In this document: positions 47,030-60,291 of the stretch, piece after piece
How the letters are laid out: each line of letters begins with the position of its first letter
Numbering within the stretch: position 1 is the first letter of the stretch
Assembly (NCBI GenBank): GCA_051362555.1
Contig: CM120648.1
Span: forward strand, 18,472,587 to 18,536,586
From: Lingula anatina
Lineage: Eukaryota > Animalia > Brachiopoda
DNA: 64,000 bases
Direction of reading: 5' to 3'
Position numbers and translations under genes: made by a program
Notes under the pieces: generated by a model
What the model was told of the DNA's origin: nothing
The model's input: the letters and a program-made list of their open reading frames with translations, nothing else
The model's database searches: none

Positions 47030-48120
47030 TAAGAGACAAGGCAGCATAGCTGTCAAATGTACAGACAAAAAAAACAGAAAATAACAATGCAAAAACTAGG
47101 CTACTGTGAATTTTGATGCAAAAATATATTATGCTAACTGCAAATTCAACATAAAATTTCAATTCTGCTCAACAGGTAATACCAATGTAAGTAAAATGTC
47201 TACTAAGCATAGGGCTTCAGGCCAATGGGTGTTCAAGTTCACACTTTGAAAATGTCGGAATGAGAAAAATGAAAATTTCACACAAAATTCCATAAATTCA
47301 ATAATAAATGAGCTGGCTTTCTAATTTGAACTGCATGCCAATCCTAAAAATCATACTTGTAAGTTAAGAATAATAATAAGTTACACAGTTTTCTTTTCAT
47401 AATGTTTGCAGTAATGTTTTTGTCAATTTGGATGTAACATAACATAATAAATTACAGAATAATTATCACCAACTTTTTATTATTGACTATAAATAGCATG
47501 GACATGTATAAAATTTGATTACCATTCGGCTTCATATCCATGCGAGCTCTGAGTCCCAAAATGAATATGCCAACACGCTAAAAATGAAAATTTCACTAAA
47601 ATGTATAACTTCTGGAAAAAGAAGCCAATTAGACTGCTTTTCCAACTCAGGCTGCATTTTAGTCCTGTGTTTCTTTTTTGAAAATTTGACAATCATAAAT
47701 AACATGGTTTTCCCATAATGGTCATCATGGCAGCAGCACCCAAAATTGTGTTTTCTTCTATTTTAATGCAATATTACATAATGTTTAACAGCATAAAGTC
47801 TATCAATTTTTAATAATAAAATATACGTATCATGGATTTTCAGAAAATGTGACTAGCATGGGTCTTCAAGCCCATGGAGGTTCTAAGTCACACCTTGAAA
47901 ATGCCAATATATGATTAATTAAATTTATTCAATTTTCACAAAAAAAACCTGTTTAACTGCCAGAAAAATTTACCAAACAGACTGCATTGCCTAATGAAGC
48001 CGTATTTTAGTCCCATGCTTCTTTCCTGTAAGTTCCAGTAAGTGACATGGTTTTCCTTAAATGGTCATCATGGGAGCAGTGCCAAAAACAAGGGTTTCTT
48101 CAAATTTTGATGCAACTAAA
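47030..48120 (-). repeat. Decayed repeat family homologous to 1000-2050
   Basis: The reverse complement of ~47205-47280 (TGAAATTTTCATTTTTCTCATTC.GACA...AACTTGAAC...GGCCTGAAGCC.TATGCTT) matches 1823-1898. Confidence 0.7.
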
Positions 48121-48425
48121 GTATTCATTGGTTCTTCTTACGGAATGAGATTGTAGATCATTGTGTATTGTGTCTCAATTCTGAATATATTCGTAGTCGG
48201 TACCGTACACGTCTGCACAGTAGCTGTGGTTGAGTTGTGCTCACCGGGATCAGGCAGGGAAGTTGGGCTCTCCACCAGGGCCCGGTTGCACCAACAGGGC
48301 GTGAATTTACTCGGCTACGACTGTCGTAAACCGCAACGCCTGGTGTCCGTGCGCCAGGTTTACTCTCCCTGCTTACGCCCGTTGCACCAAGACAAAAACT
48401 GATCGTTGCAACTACGCCCAAGTAA

Positions 48426-48984
48426 AGGCCCAGTCACAATGTCGGCGATCTGTCAGGGGTTAGTTTTGGCCGGGGGTCGTCGTAGAAAATAAAGAATCCT
48501 TGAACAATCCTAGCAATAATCCTAATAAAAGTGGAGCAATCACATTGTCTGAGATTTTTTCAAGGATTTTGACCCGGTTTTGTCGAAAATCGTGGGATTA
48601 GCCTCCGATTGCATCGGAGGCGATCGGAGACGATATCTGCGAGCGTCTTTTCTCGTAATTTTTTCCCCCTGGGTATATGTGGTTATATATGGGTATATAT
48701 TCGGAGGACGCCTCCGATTAATCGGAGGGCATCGTAGGTCATGGGAGATTGTGTCTGGGATGCCCAAAATGGGTGAAAAATCTTGCGAGCAATCTTATAA
48801 TTTTAAGTTCAAAGTTGGGGACCGCGACGGGTGTGGCGATGTCTAAAAAATCTGCGACAACCCGCAGGCGTCCGGAGAGCGCCTCCGACGGTTGCAAAAT
48901 CGTGAGTTCTGTCTCAAGATTTTGTTAAAATTTCCCGGGTTTTACCCATCCCCGACGCATCGCAACTGATTTGTGACTGGGCCT
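48426..48984. mobile_element. Non-autonomous PIF/Harbinger element with TAA TSD
   Basis: TIRs AGGCCCAGTCACAA / TTGTGACTGGGCCT, with TAA on both sides. Confidence 0.78.
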
Positions 48985-49586
48985 TAACGCTCCGTTGCGT
49001 CACTGGCCAAAAATACGTGGATGGTATAATTGGGCAAATGAGGAGTTCTCAGCTGCAGTCATAATGGAATGATGACATAAATAAACACAAAAGGATCATT
49101 TCAGTGACGAAGAAATTCATGAGCTTAATTATTCCATTTTGATTTAGAAATAAGAACGTTAAAATACGTTAACCTTGCCTTGGATATATAGCAATAAAAT
49201 CGTAAATATATTCCGAATCAAAATATTATTATAGTGTGCTATGTATGTTATTATAGTATACTGTTGTAAATGAGAAAAACGCGTTGGAGGCAGTACGTAT
49301 TTCTACTAATGGATTTGAACACCTTCACATTTGTAATCGAAACTATTGAGTCTGAAAATAATGCAAAAAAGCCAGCATTGCTTTCTTTTTATAATTTTAC
49401 AACAGTGCGACAATTTCGTGACTTTTTTATCTATGGTTACACCATGAGGTATCAATTAATTCAATCGATCTTACATCTTGGAGATTGAGAAAAACAAGAG
49501 ACCTAATACATATTATATGAGCCTTAAAATGTTGATATTTTAAGCTTTCGTCCCTAAGTTTATATGCAGTAAAATATGAACTATAT

Positions 49587-50270
49587 CTTCTTCTTCTTCA
49601 TGTGCCATCACCGATTCGGTGTTTGACGAACGATGATAATCTGCCAAAGGGTTCTATTTCTTGCCCATGACAAAAGGTGTCTTGTCGGTAATTCAAAATT
49701 GTCAAGAAAGGATTTTCGATGTCTGCCTCGGGCACTTTTGCCAGGTATTCTTCCGCTCAGGCTAAGATCTTCTAATCCCTCTTTTCCGATGCAATGTCCC
49801 ATGAACTTCAATTGTCTTTCTCTGACAGTGTTGAGAAGCTGTCTTTTTTGATCAATCTGTTTAAGGACCTCTTCATTTGTAACATGCTCAATGTAGGAGA
49901 TTCGGTGCATTCGCCTGTAGAACCACATTTCAGCTGCTTCAATGATACGTTGAGTTTCTGCTGTCAAAGTCCAAGATTCACAGCCAAACAGAAGAATAGA
50001 CCAGACATAGGTTTTAAGGAGGCGGATCTTTATCTTTAAGGACAGTCCACGATCCTTGAAGATTGGGCCGAGATGGGTGAATGCATTTTTGGCTTGGCCG
50101 ATTTTTCTTTGGATTTCTATCTTGCAACAGGCGTTGGATGTCACAAGTGCCCCGAGATAGTTGAATGAGGAGACCTGGTTGATGGGAGTGTTCCCATGAA
50201 GCAATCTGCAACGTGGTGTGACCTCTGACTTTGAAACCACCATGGTTTTTGTTTTTTTGCTGTTGACATG
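49587..50270 (-). mobile_element. 5'-truncated RTE-clade LINE (RT C-terminus)
   Basis: ORF 49608-50243: FNYLGALVT...EIQRKIGQAK...YVWSILLFGCESWTL...EMWFYRRMHRI. (GAA)n 3' tail. 12-bp TSD TATGAAC(T/G)ATAT at 49575-49586 and 50271-50282. Confidence 0.9.
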
Positions 50271-50439
50271 TATGAACGATATAAAATGTGAATAAAAAAA
50301 TGACTATGGTTAGTTATGGTTTGTCAAAAATTGTGAAAAGAATTAAAGAAACCGTACTGCCAAGGCGTGTCGACATGAGATTTAATCTGAACACATGCAT
50401 ATACATGTACATGGCTACACATAATGTATTTAATAATCA

Positions 50440-50441
<2 letters not shown>

Positions 50442-50498
<57 letters not shown>
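50442..50498. repeat. (TA)n microsatellite
   Basis: Pure TA run. Confidence 0.95.
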
Positions 50499-50502
<4 letters not shown>

Positions 50503-53500
50503 GGCGCTGTACATTGGTGTGGTGATGTAAATTACTACCATCATTAAGTAGTGACTGGAACTACTCTATTTTTTACTTTCGTTTTTTTATTTTTTCATTA
50601 AATCATTTATGACTACATGCGGCCATACGGTCGTACTGCTGCATTTATGAAAATCTACTAAAAGATGTTATATTCTATTCAAGCTTTCCGCCCCTATACC
50701 TTCTCCAGGGGTTTGTAACATTATGATATGTTTTTCTTATGTTGTGAACGTGCCCATCTCTACACGTGTACAGTGGGTTTCCTGTCCATGTGAATTAGAC
50801 TTTGATATCAAACTCACGCCAATATCTGTTGATCAACTTCACGTGTTACAGGTTAAATGACAGTATTCCAGACAATACAAGTTGTCGTCATTGTCTCTAT
50901 AAAACAGACAAATCAATAATCAACCTCACAAATCGAGAGGAAATACAGTTAACAACAAGATGTAAAAAAGAAAAAGACAGTGAGATTAGTCCTGACAAAA
51001 GCTGATATTATTTTCAGAACAATAAAATCACGCTCACGGGTAATTTGATTTTTTATAAACATATTCTCACACCGACTGTGGTGAAGTTTCACAAAAGAAT
51101 CCTTAATGCTGTTTAACATTTCTGTTGGTCTGTAATAGGACTTTCGGAACAAAAGCTGATTATATCTGAATTGACAAAAATCGATTCTGACAGTAGTGAC
51201 AAAGCTGTATCGATGTATTTCATATACATTTATTGCGGAGTGATTGCTTGTAAACAGTCTATGCCATTATCATCGAGTCCACTTCACATATGCGACTAAG
51301 TTTATCAGTCTTAGCTTAGACACGTGCGACGAATCTGTTCCAAAATGTTTGCCAAATCTTTTCTGGTGTGAAACAGACCTCTGGATTGGTTGATCTGGGT
51401 CTGCTGGCCTGGATGTATAGAATGAGCATTGATATTCATTGCATATGTAATTAAGTGTTTTTATAACATCTGTTGTCATGCGAGTAAGGGATCCAGCCAT
51501 CCAGCCTTGTCTTGACAATCAATGTCCCGGAACGGTTTCACAAAATAAAGTGGGTCTTAACAACAACATAAAAAAACGAAAAAAAAGAGAGAGAGAGAGA
51601 GAGGTTTCTTCCTACTCAGAGAAAGTAATGTTGAAATTTTATCAAAACAAAATAGCCACCCGTCTAAAATGTTGCCAGTTCCCAGTCCCTTCCTTCTGCA
51701 AAATAGCTCCATCGGCCTCACTGAAATGAACGACCACCGGTCTGTGAGATAGCGAGAATATACACGGACCATTAACTGACTTCACAATTTTAGCTCTTAA
51801 ATGAATGACGAACAATATATTTAATTCTGAACATTTTCATTTGCCTTCAATATTTATTTCAAAGGTGTATTTTCAACCTAATCCTATTTTTAATACTGTA
51901 TCTTTACATTTTATATATACATTTATGTGTATATATAAATACATATGTTATATAGTGCAAAAATCACAAAAAACCCTTATTATTATTATCATTATTATTA
52001 TTATTATAAGCGAACTGAACCTATAACCCAAAGGTTAAGACAGGTTTTCGGCACAAGCTTGTGTTTTTGGCCCCTGGTTGAGAAGGTTGGAATACTAAGG
52101 TGCGTTCCCTTTGGCAACACCAGTAAACCGTGCGGGTTCGCACATTATAATTAACTTCCATTACACAGACAAGCTGATTCTACGCACTTTCACGTATTAT
52201 TATCGTCATGTTTCTGATTAGACTGAATTTAATGTTTTTTGTTCACTCATTTATTTCTTAATCCCCTAATTCATTTTTCATCTATTTGTTTATTTATTGC
52301 GGTACTAGATCATTTTACCGTTGCTCTTACCAACAAACAGAATACACATATTTCTAAATAACGAGAAGATTGCAGTAATACGAGATTATAATGGTTAACC
52401 TATACAGTTAAGAAAAAGGCCGTCCTTGGGATTTAAAAAAAATAAACTAAAAACGATGGCTTGTTTCATATTAAAGCTGCATCCCGAAAACTGGTCGAAA
52501 GTTTTAGACCAGTTATTACTTCAGTTAAGATAAATGTCTGTAGCTAGACTTAAATACACAGAGAATTAACTGTTCTGGATAATAAGCCATGGATTTCCTG
52601 TTATGAAACAAGTGCGACATCTCATTTCATTGGACCACTACTGGTTTGCTTTGGTTCCACGAAGAGTTCTTTGCGTATAAGTTTACAATCATTTCGAGCT
52701 AAAATTTGAGCTTAAGAGAAACATGGCCTTAGAAATATGAAATTTAAAGCACAACATTTCTGTTGTATTAGTTAGCTATCACGCTTCAAACCTAATTGAA
52801 AATGGTCACCTTGGTTACCTGAGTACAGTATATATACTGATGGCATGCAATTACATGGAAATGTACATGAACATGTAAGTCAAGCTACTAACTACTTCCT
52901 CTACTTGCCCATATCACACTGCACTGCACGTAACGTGTGCAAAACTTGTTTTAATATGTTGCAGATTACTTATCTGTAATATTAGTGTCTGGCATTGCGT
53001 AACTTTGGTCGACAATCAGCTTTCAATCATCAAGTTACATTAAGTGATCGAGATAAAATATACTGAACGTTTCGTTTTAATAAATGGACTGTTTAAGAAT
53101 TAAGGTTCAATTTGCTAACGACTAAATGAACGGATAAAAAAAGTAAATAAAAGATATCAGTGGCTCTTTCACATTTATCACTTATTCTATAATTCTAAGT
53201 GTATTCGAATTAAGAAGGAATGATCAGGTATCCGAGATGTCCGCCGAGTGACACATCATTAAATCGTTTTTCGTAATTATCATTCAACCCTTGATTTCAG
53301 CAGTTTCCTCTCTGCGTGTACCCCTGTTGTGACTGTAGCAAGAGATACAAATTAGCGTGAGCTGACCATTAGCGAGTGAGCCCTTGTCATTTTAATCAAT
53401 ATACTGTTGGTGACTCAGAGAACGAAAACAAACTGCTATATACAGCAGGGGTGGAGTGGATCCAGAGATGTTTTCTGACAGTTTTCCAGATTATCTTTGT

Positions 53501-54218
53501 TGATCCATCCTCCATTTTTGACCGTCTTCAGATAGAAAAATTTAGATACCCATCAATATAAATTTGGAAATCTGACCGTCATCTGGAAGACCTAGAAGCA
53601 GGCTCCAACCCACCCCTGCACATGGCCATGAACTGTCGGTGACTGGTAAAGTTCAAACTGCAGTGGCGTACCCAGAGGGTACAGTGGACACCCCCTGCAC
53701 CCCCTTGCACCCCCTCCCGCCACTGAACTTTAAATTTACTCTCTTCAGACAGAAACAGTTTAACGAGCCAAACGAGCCAAAACAGAGTATCATCCACGTG
53801 CCTCCAAATAACAACAGATTGTCTTCGTTTATTACATTTGATTAGATTTGTCCCGCTAAGCTAAGTAATATTTTTCTGTCATTTGCAGCCCTGGTGACAA
53901 TAGGCAGCTGTATTTTAGGGGACAACACTGGTTTGAGGACATATCTGCTTTATGATGTGAAAATGAGATTCTTCTTCGTACTTCCTGTCGGCATATTCAG
54001 TCTGTTTTAACATTTGCTTAATATGAATTAAGACAACCGCATGTGGTAGAATTTCAGTGCAGAAAATTAGGGTTAACCGCACAACTTTACCTCTTAACCG
54101 TGGTTTCATATACAAACGTATGAATTATTCAATGTGGCGAGTTTTCGTGTCAGTCTATAAACGTATACAGCACTGGGGGAATGTTTTCACTGAGTTAATA
54201 ACCCAGTATACACCACTG

Positions 54219-54390
54219 CAGGGGCGTAACCAGACCATTTAAAATTGTACGCACAGATTTTGAAAATTCCCAGGTACGATTATATTCCGTGAAAAATACA
54301 CTGAATTTATGGAGAATAATATCATGGTTGGCTCAAAAAATTGTACGCACAGTGCATCCGTGCGTACATGTATGCCTGGTTACGCCCCTG
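54219..54390. mobile_element. MITE with 5-bp TSD (hAT5-like)
   Basis: Perfect 15-bp TIRs CAGGGGCGTAACCAG / CTGGTTACGCCCCTG; CACTG on both sides. Confidence 0.82.
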
Positions 54391-56421
54391 CACTGTGCTG
54401 TGGCACACACATGTGACTTATTAAATATCAGATGCTAGCAACCATTCCGTGGGTATGGCCCGACAGTGCATCTAGCGAGGTGCCTTATAGAGACAATGTC
54501 CTGGTCCTGGGAGGGGACATCTACGAGTTTGACATGGGTCCTAGGTGGAATAATCCAAAAATGGGGGTGGGGGGGTACAAGGCAGCAGGGATATGTCGTG
54601 GACAATGCACCCACATTTAGTTTTCCTTTTTTATTACAATAATGCAGTCTGAAAGGACAATGGTTATCACACCTGATAAAATCATTGGGTTTTTGTTACA
54701 AATGTCAACTTAATTATTATTTTTTTACAGCTGTGTCGTTGCAGATACACAATGTTTAATCACGTCACTTTAAACTATATAGATGCGTCTGTGAAATCTT
54801 GACCAGAACTTTGACGTATAATTGCCAGAGATTTTTTAATTGGAATAACGAGTTTCTCATTAACGTGGAAATGCTATGTGAGCCGTCCAATTAAAAGACC
54901 ACACATGCATTGAAACGTGGATGTTTACGTTCATGTTAGATTACCACTGCATTTAACCCCGTCAACATTTGAAAGAAAGTTGATAAATATAAAATCTAGA
55001 TTAATTTTCCCCGCTGACATTGGTGCAATATCAAGGGAACAATGTACGGGAAGGGGGGGGGGGGGGGGGCAAAAGTATTGAAGCATGGAGAGGGCTGTTC
55101 CTCTGGCAGTGTCGGTGGCAATGTGAAGCCCATTTCTTTAAAGGCAGCTACCTGGTCACTAAGGCCAGTGGCAGTCGGTCTTGGCATGGTTGTAGGTATG
55201 GTTTGGTGGAGGTCATATCTAGTTTACCCCAACAATCCACTTGATATCAAGGCAAGAAACATAGTATATAGCCAAGATAGCGCCATCTATTTGCATACCA
55301 CCCATAGCCTTAACTTTGGAGCTGCCTTACGTTCGCATGTGCTTATGTTTGACCTAGTTAATATCAAATTATTAATTATTACTGGCCAGAAGGAATAAAG
55401 AGCCAAACTATCAGTCTCCATGCAGCTTAAAAAAAACCTATAAGGTTGTTTAAAACCAAGATCTTCGAGGGTATGACAATTATTTTGAGCAACCCCGTAA
55501 TCAGCTGAAGATTTAAACAGTGCAGCGAATTAGCTTCGCAGTGGTCGCCTAATTGCAGGTTGTGGTTAGCAAAACGGCTGTTCAAGGAAGGCTTCATATT
55601 GCAGGAATTTACACAAGTGTTGCCAGGAGAAAAGCACTTATCACCTTGGTAAATAGACGGAAGAAAGTTACATAGGGTGCGAGAATAGTTGCGTGGACAT
55701 TAGGTCAGAATTGGCGCCAATTTGTATTTTCTGATGGGACCATATTCGCCGTTAACTGCGTGATTGGATAAGTGGGGATATGGAGATAGCATCCACTTCT
55801 CATCTGCCAGAGAATGTGCAAATATTAGTGTTATTATTATGATTATAATTATGATTATTATTATTATGATGATGATGATTATTATTATTATTATAAAGCG
55901 TCTAAAATGCATTTATATTCAGAAAACTTACAGTTCAATGTGTATGCAAATATAAAGGGTCAGTAAAAGAAACGAAAATATGATTTAAATCAATTGATTT
56001 AAATTAATTCATGGTGAACGAATTTTTTTTTACGTCAACGATTCCTTTAAAGTCATACCCTAAAAGAAATGTCCCCCATTGAAATGTGTCCAGAGAGAGA
56101 CCATCCTACCTAATAAAACTGGAAGCACATTTAAACCCTTAACTTCAAAAAAGCTGACCAATTTCAAGGCCATTAAACGTGTTCACACATTTTCAGGCAT
56201 TTACAGGTATTTCTCGGACAATGCTCTAGTAGTGAAGAAATAAAATATTGTAGATAAATCCGTTATGAGATATTGGTGGATCAGGGTTTCAGATAAATTA
56301 TGGGCATTTTTTTTTCAGCAGAGAATCGTGTCATGGTTTAGACATGTATGTGTGTGTGTGTGTAAAATCTATTGAAAAAAGCAATCTGTGACCCTGGTTG
56401 AAGGTTGATATTAAACTTTAA

Positions 56422-56757
56422 AGGGATAATAACTCTTCGTTTCGGTCAAAAAATGAATTTTCCTGGAGTAAACAACAATTTTCCCATACTTACCAATGGT
56501 TAATGAATCCATTTTGACATTCAAAGTTAGTCCCTATTTTTTTCTAAAAAGTTTGGTTTTTTGTTAAAATCTCTTAAGAGATTTTAACAGAGTATAGCCA
56601 TCAGTGGAGATCACGTGGTCTAAAGACAAGCTCAGATATCAGAATAATAGCTATAACTGCCGTTTTTGTGATAAAACAGAATATAATATATTTCTATGAG
56701 TTATTCACAATGTTTTTATTGTGAAATATAGATCTCATACGAAGAGTTATTATCCCT
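56422..56757. mobile_element. Kolobok-like MITE, second copy (inverted relative to 2215-2551)
   Basis: Perfect 19-bp TIRs AGGGATAATAACTCTTCGT / ACGAAGAGTTATTATCCCT; TTAA TSD. Confidence 0.88.
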
Positions 56758-57044
56758 TTAAGAAAAATTAAAAATCCAGAAAATCGAGGATTTCTTTAAG
56801 ACATATTTACTATATAAAGCTGGGGGAAAGCCAGACCACAGTCATTCTCGCTGATATAGCACTGTCCGATTCAGGGTTTTGCTTAAAGAGGGGGGGGGGG
56901 GCACAGGGAAAATTACTGTTAAACAGTAGATAAAGAGATTTGCTATATTATACAGGACACAAGGATTGAAAACATAGCTTGATTATATCGCGTTTCGTTC
57001 GTTATTCTTTTAAGGGGTAGTGGGGAGGTGAAAGGTTAAGAGGT

Positions 57045-57282
57045 GTTTGAGGGGAGTGGGAGTGGGGGTTGAGGAAAGGGTGGAGAGGGGGTTTGAGGGG
57101 GTTTGAGGGGAGTGGGAGTGGGGGTTGGGGAAAGGGTGGAGAGGGGGTTTGAGGGGGTTTGAGGGGAGTGGGAGTGGGGGTTGGGGAAAGGGTGGAGAGG
57201 GGGTTTGAGGGGGTTTGAGGGGAGTGGGAGTGGGGGTTGAGGAAAGGGTGGAGAGGGGGTTTGAGGGGGTTTGAGGGGGGTG
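57045..57282 (+). repeat. G-rich 56-bp minisatellite x ~4
   Basis: Repeated unit GAGGGGAGTGGGAGTGGGGGTTG(A/G)GGAAAGGGTGGAGAGGGGGTTTGAGGGGGTTT. Confidence 0.9.
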
Positions 57283-58280
57283 GATGTAGGGTGTGAGTGT
57301 GGTGGGTGGAGGGGGGGTCAGAAGCCAAGTAATGCCAGAAACCTCAACACAACTGCCTCATCAGCAATGAGTACTAAATCTAAACCCGTCCTCGAAATAA
57401 CGACATTTTAATCCGCTTTGGTTTTTCGTCTTGTTTTCTAACTAACTTCTCGTAATTAGCATTTAGATTGGCGAAAATCGTTATTTTTATTTCTGTGAAA
57501 TAAATCATTAGACCGGAAACGGGTTTATACCTCGTAATCTGTTAACCATTTTGTTTACGAGATATATGCCTCTAATTAAGACGTTCTGTTTAAACAAAAG
57601 TTTAATTTGACCTCTTATTGATAAAATTAGAAATAATCCCCGGACGCATATTCGCTGACATCAGATTGCGGTGTTTATATAGGCATTAAATGGTGTTGAT
57701 CGATAGCTGTTCAGAAATTGTGTTTGAAAACGATATCAAAGCTGAATATACTGTTGTGTCGTCATCACCCCCAATTAGCAATGGGCCGGATACAGTTTTG
57801 ATGTAATAGCATATATTGAATCGTGACAATGTTTATTTGTAGATTATCTAAGCGGATAAAAATACTCCATTGTATTGACGTATTTATCGCTAGTCAATCT
57901 ATTTTATCTTTATATTCATTCTTGCAATTAAATCAGGTATTTCTTATGAAGAATACGTGTGAATGTAAATACAGAAACAAAGAATGGTGATAAAATATAA
58001 CAAGCAATATCATAAAGCAAACACATCTGGTCAGTCAATGTTTTAACACGGTACATGTTGCATTTGTTGTTTGTTTACAAGAGCAAGGTTAACATTCGGG
58101 TAAAATTGACCTTTCTTATAATGATTTTCCACTTGTTTATTTATCAAAAAATACAGCTTTTAGGGGGGATGAGTAGTTGCAATAATGACATTGTCAACAG
58201 TTTATTGGAAATAACGTAGCCTAAACCCTATTCATACCGGGCGAGGCCGTTTACCAAAAGCTTCTGTTGTGTGACAAAAA

Positions 58281-58324
<44 letters not shown>

Positions 58325-59970
58325 AGTATTTGGTAAATAAGGGAGGCCACCTGGAAGGAATGTGTAGAAAAATAAGCTGGCATGATGAGGGTTTAGAACA
58401 TTGCATTCTGTTTCTTAGGGATGGCAAAAATACTTCTCTAATCCACAGTTATTTAGCCTTATCGGTTTATTTATATTGTTTCTTCTTTAAGTGTAGGTCT
58501 GCTGCAAATTTGCAAGAAAGAATTGCAGTTTGCAGCAATAATGCAGTAAATTTGCAATATCTGATATCTTGTTAAGGGTCACCTTGATACACCTGACATT
58601 GTGGCCCTAAAAGATTGACACACCCTTAAAATTTTGTCATTGTCTTTTAACATTATGACATTGTTTGTTGCGCTTTATTCTTTGGTTGTCTGGAAAAGGA
58701 AAGGACAAATTGGGACACTGTTCAGTGAAACGTTTCCCTGTGCAGGTCCATCTCACCTGGGACAGCGATGTGACGGGAATGCTTATATGTAGTCCGTTCC
58801 CCATTACTGTTCCCAGGTGACATAGGTCCCAAAAATTAGCGCCAGTACTCCAACAAACCCTAACCTGTACTACTCATACGGGACACTGTACTTCCATTCC
58901 TAGGACTACCATTCCTGTCACGCCAATCCATGTAGTAACGGTTAGGGAATTTCAGCTTTCGTTTTTCTACTTGTGGCATTTCCGGTTGGATTCTGAGTAA
59001 ATGGAACCATTCCGTTGTTCTTTTTTCGTTGATGTGCTACACGTTTATGTAAAAAAAGAACTAGATTTTAAGCTCTCACTACCCTAGGCCCTCCCCACCC
59101 TACAATAGAACCCGCATGATAATCCTTATCGGAATATATCATTATATATTATATATTATATATTATATATGCATAAATATATCATGCTAGTTTCCAAAAT
59201 TTGACTCTCGATTTTTACCGCTCATGATCACATAAGGTAGCGCAGGTGACAAGATAATGCAACGATTAGTGCAGCATTTATATATGTAATGGCTTAAGAC
59301 CAATACATGGGGTATTCGGTATATTTAATGCGATATTCACACATGGAAAAGTGTATCAACATTTCTGGGCAACAATGTATTTCTTGTTACGTTTTATTAA
59401 GAATAATTATTGTGTTTTCGCTTCTGGGGGGTAATTATTTCCATGAATATGATTTCTCGCTAAAGAGAGTTATCTTAGGTCATAGTGACACTATAAGAAG
59501 GTACCTCCGTTTGTTTTAATAATTTATCACCTCTAACAACGCAGGTCTTGCTTTCAGCGGTATCAGTTTTCTGGACAAGATATTGCAAAACAGTTTTACA
59601 AAATTTGATAAGACTGTTTCAAAGGAAGAAAAGACATGATTACAAATTAAACTGGCTCTCGATCTTTTATTCTCTTATGTTTCATTACCATTTATATTTT
59701 GAATTGGCGAAGATCTGAATTCAGTTGCGGGATGCTCTGTAGTTTCATAGGTGTAATGAGAAATACAGAATGAGAATGAGGGTTAATTGTACTCAGTCTT
59801 AAGTAGTAAGACTGGGATATTGAAAAAAGAAAGAAAGAAAAAAACGGCATACACGTTACCAGAGGGAAGTAGCCTGCATGCTTCGTTCTTTTTCTGTTTC
59901 TCTCCATCTCTCTTACTTTCTCCCTTTCCCCCTCTATATCTCCCTCTCTTTCTCTCTGTGTGTGAACTCT

Positions 59971-60013
<43 letters not shown>

Positions 60014-60291
60014 CACTGTTAAAGGGTGTATTTCACATGTACAGTATATGTACACAAGATATTGTTTTAAAACGCCTTAGGTTGTACTGTGCATGCTAAT
60101 TGTACAGTAATTTTACAGTGGCTGATTTCTTTACTACATTACTGTAGCTTTTGTCAGCAATGTGTTCAAATAAACAAAAAATAGTTTAGTTTTAGTCCAA
60201 TTTTGTTCAATTTTCTTTTTTTAATCTCCAAAAAATTTGCTTTAACAGGGAGTCACCCCAGAGAAACATAACCTTTATTTTACATTCTCAG

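Noticed and set aside
57002-57328. Pro-rich 108-aa ORF
   Set aside because: It is the antisense translation of the G-rich minisatellite.
58769-58922. Possible Ginger-derived mini-element (TGTGACGGGAATG...CATTCCTGTCACG)
   Set aside because: Imperfect termini and no TSD; not supportable.
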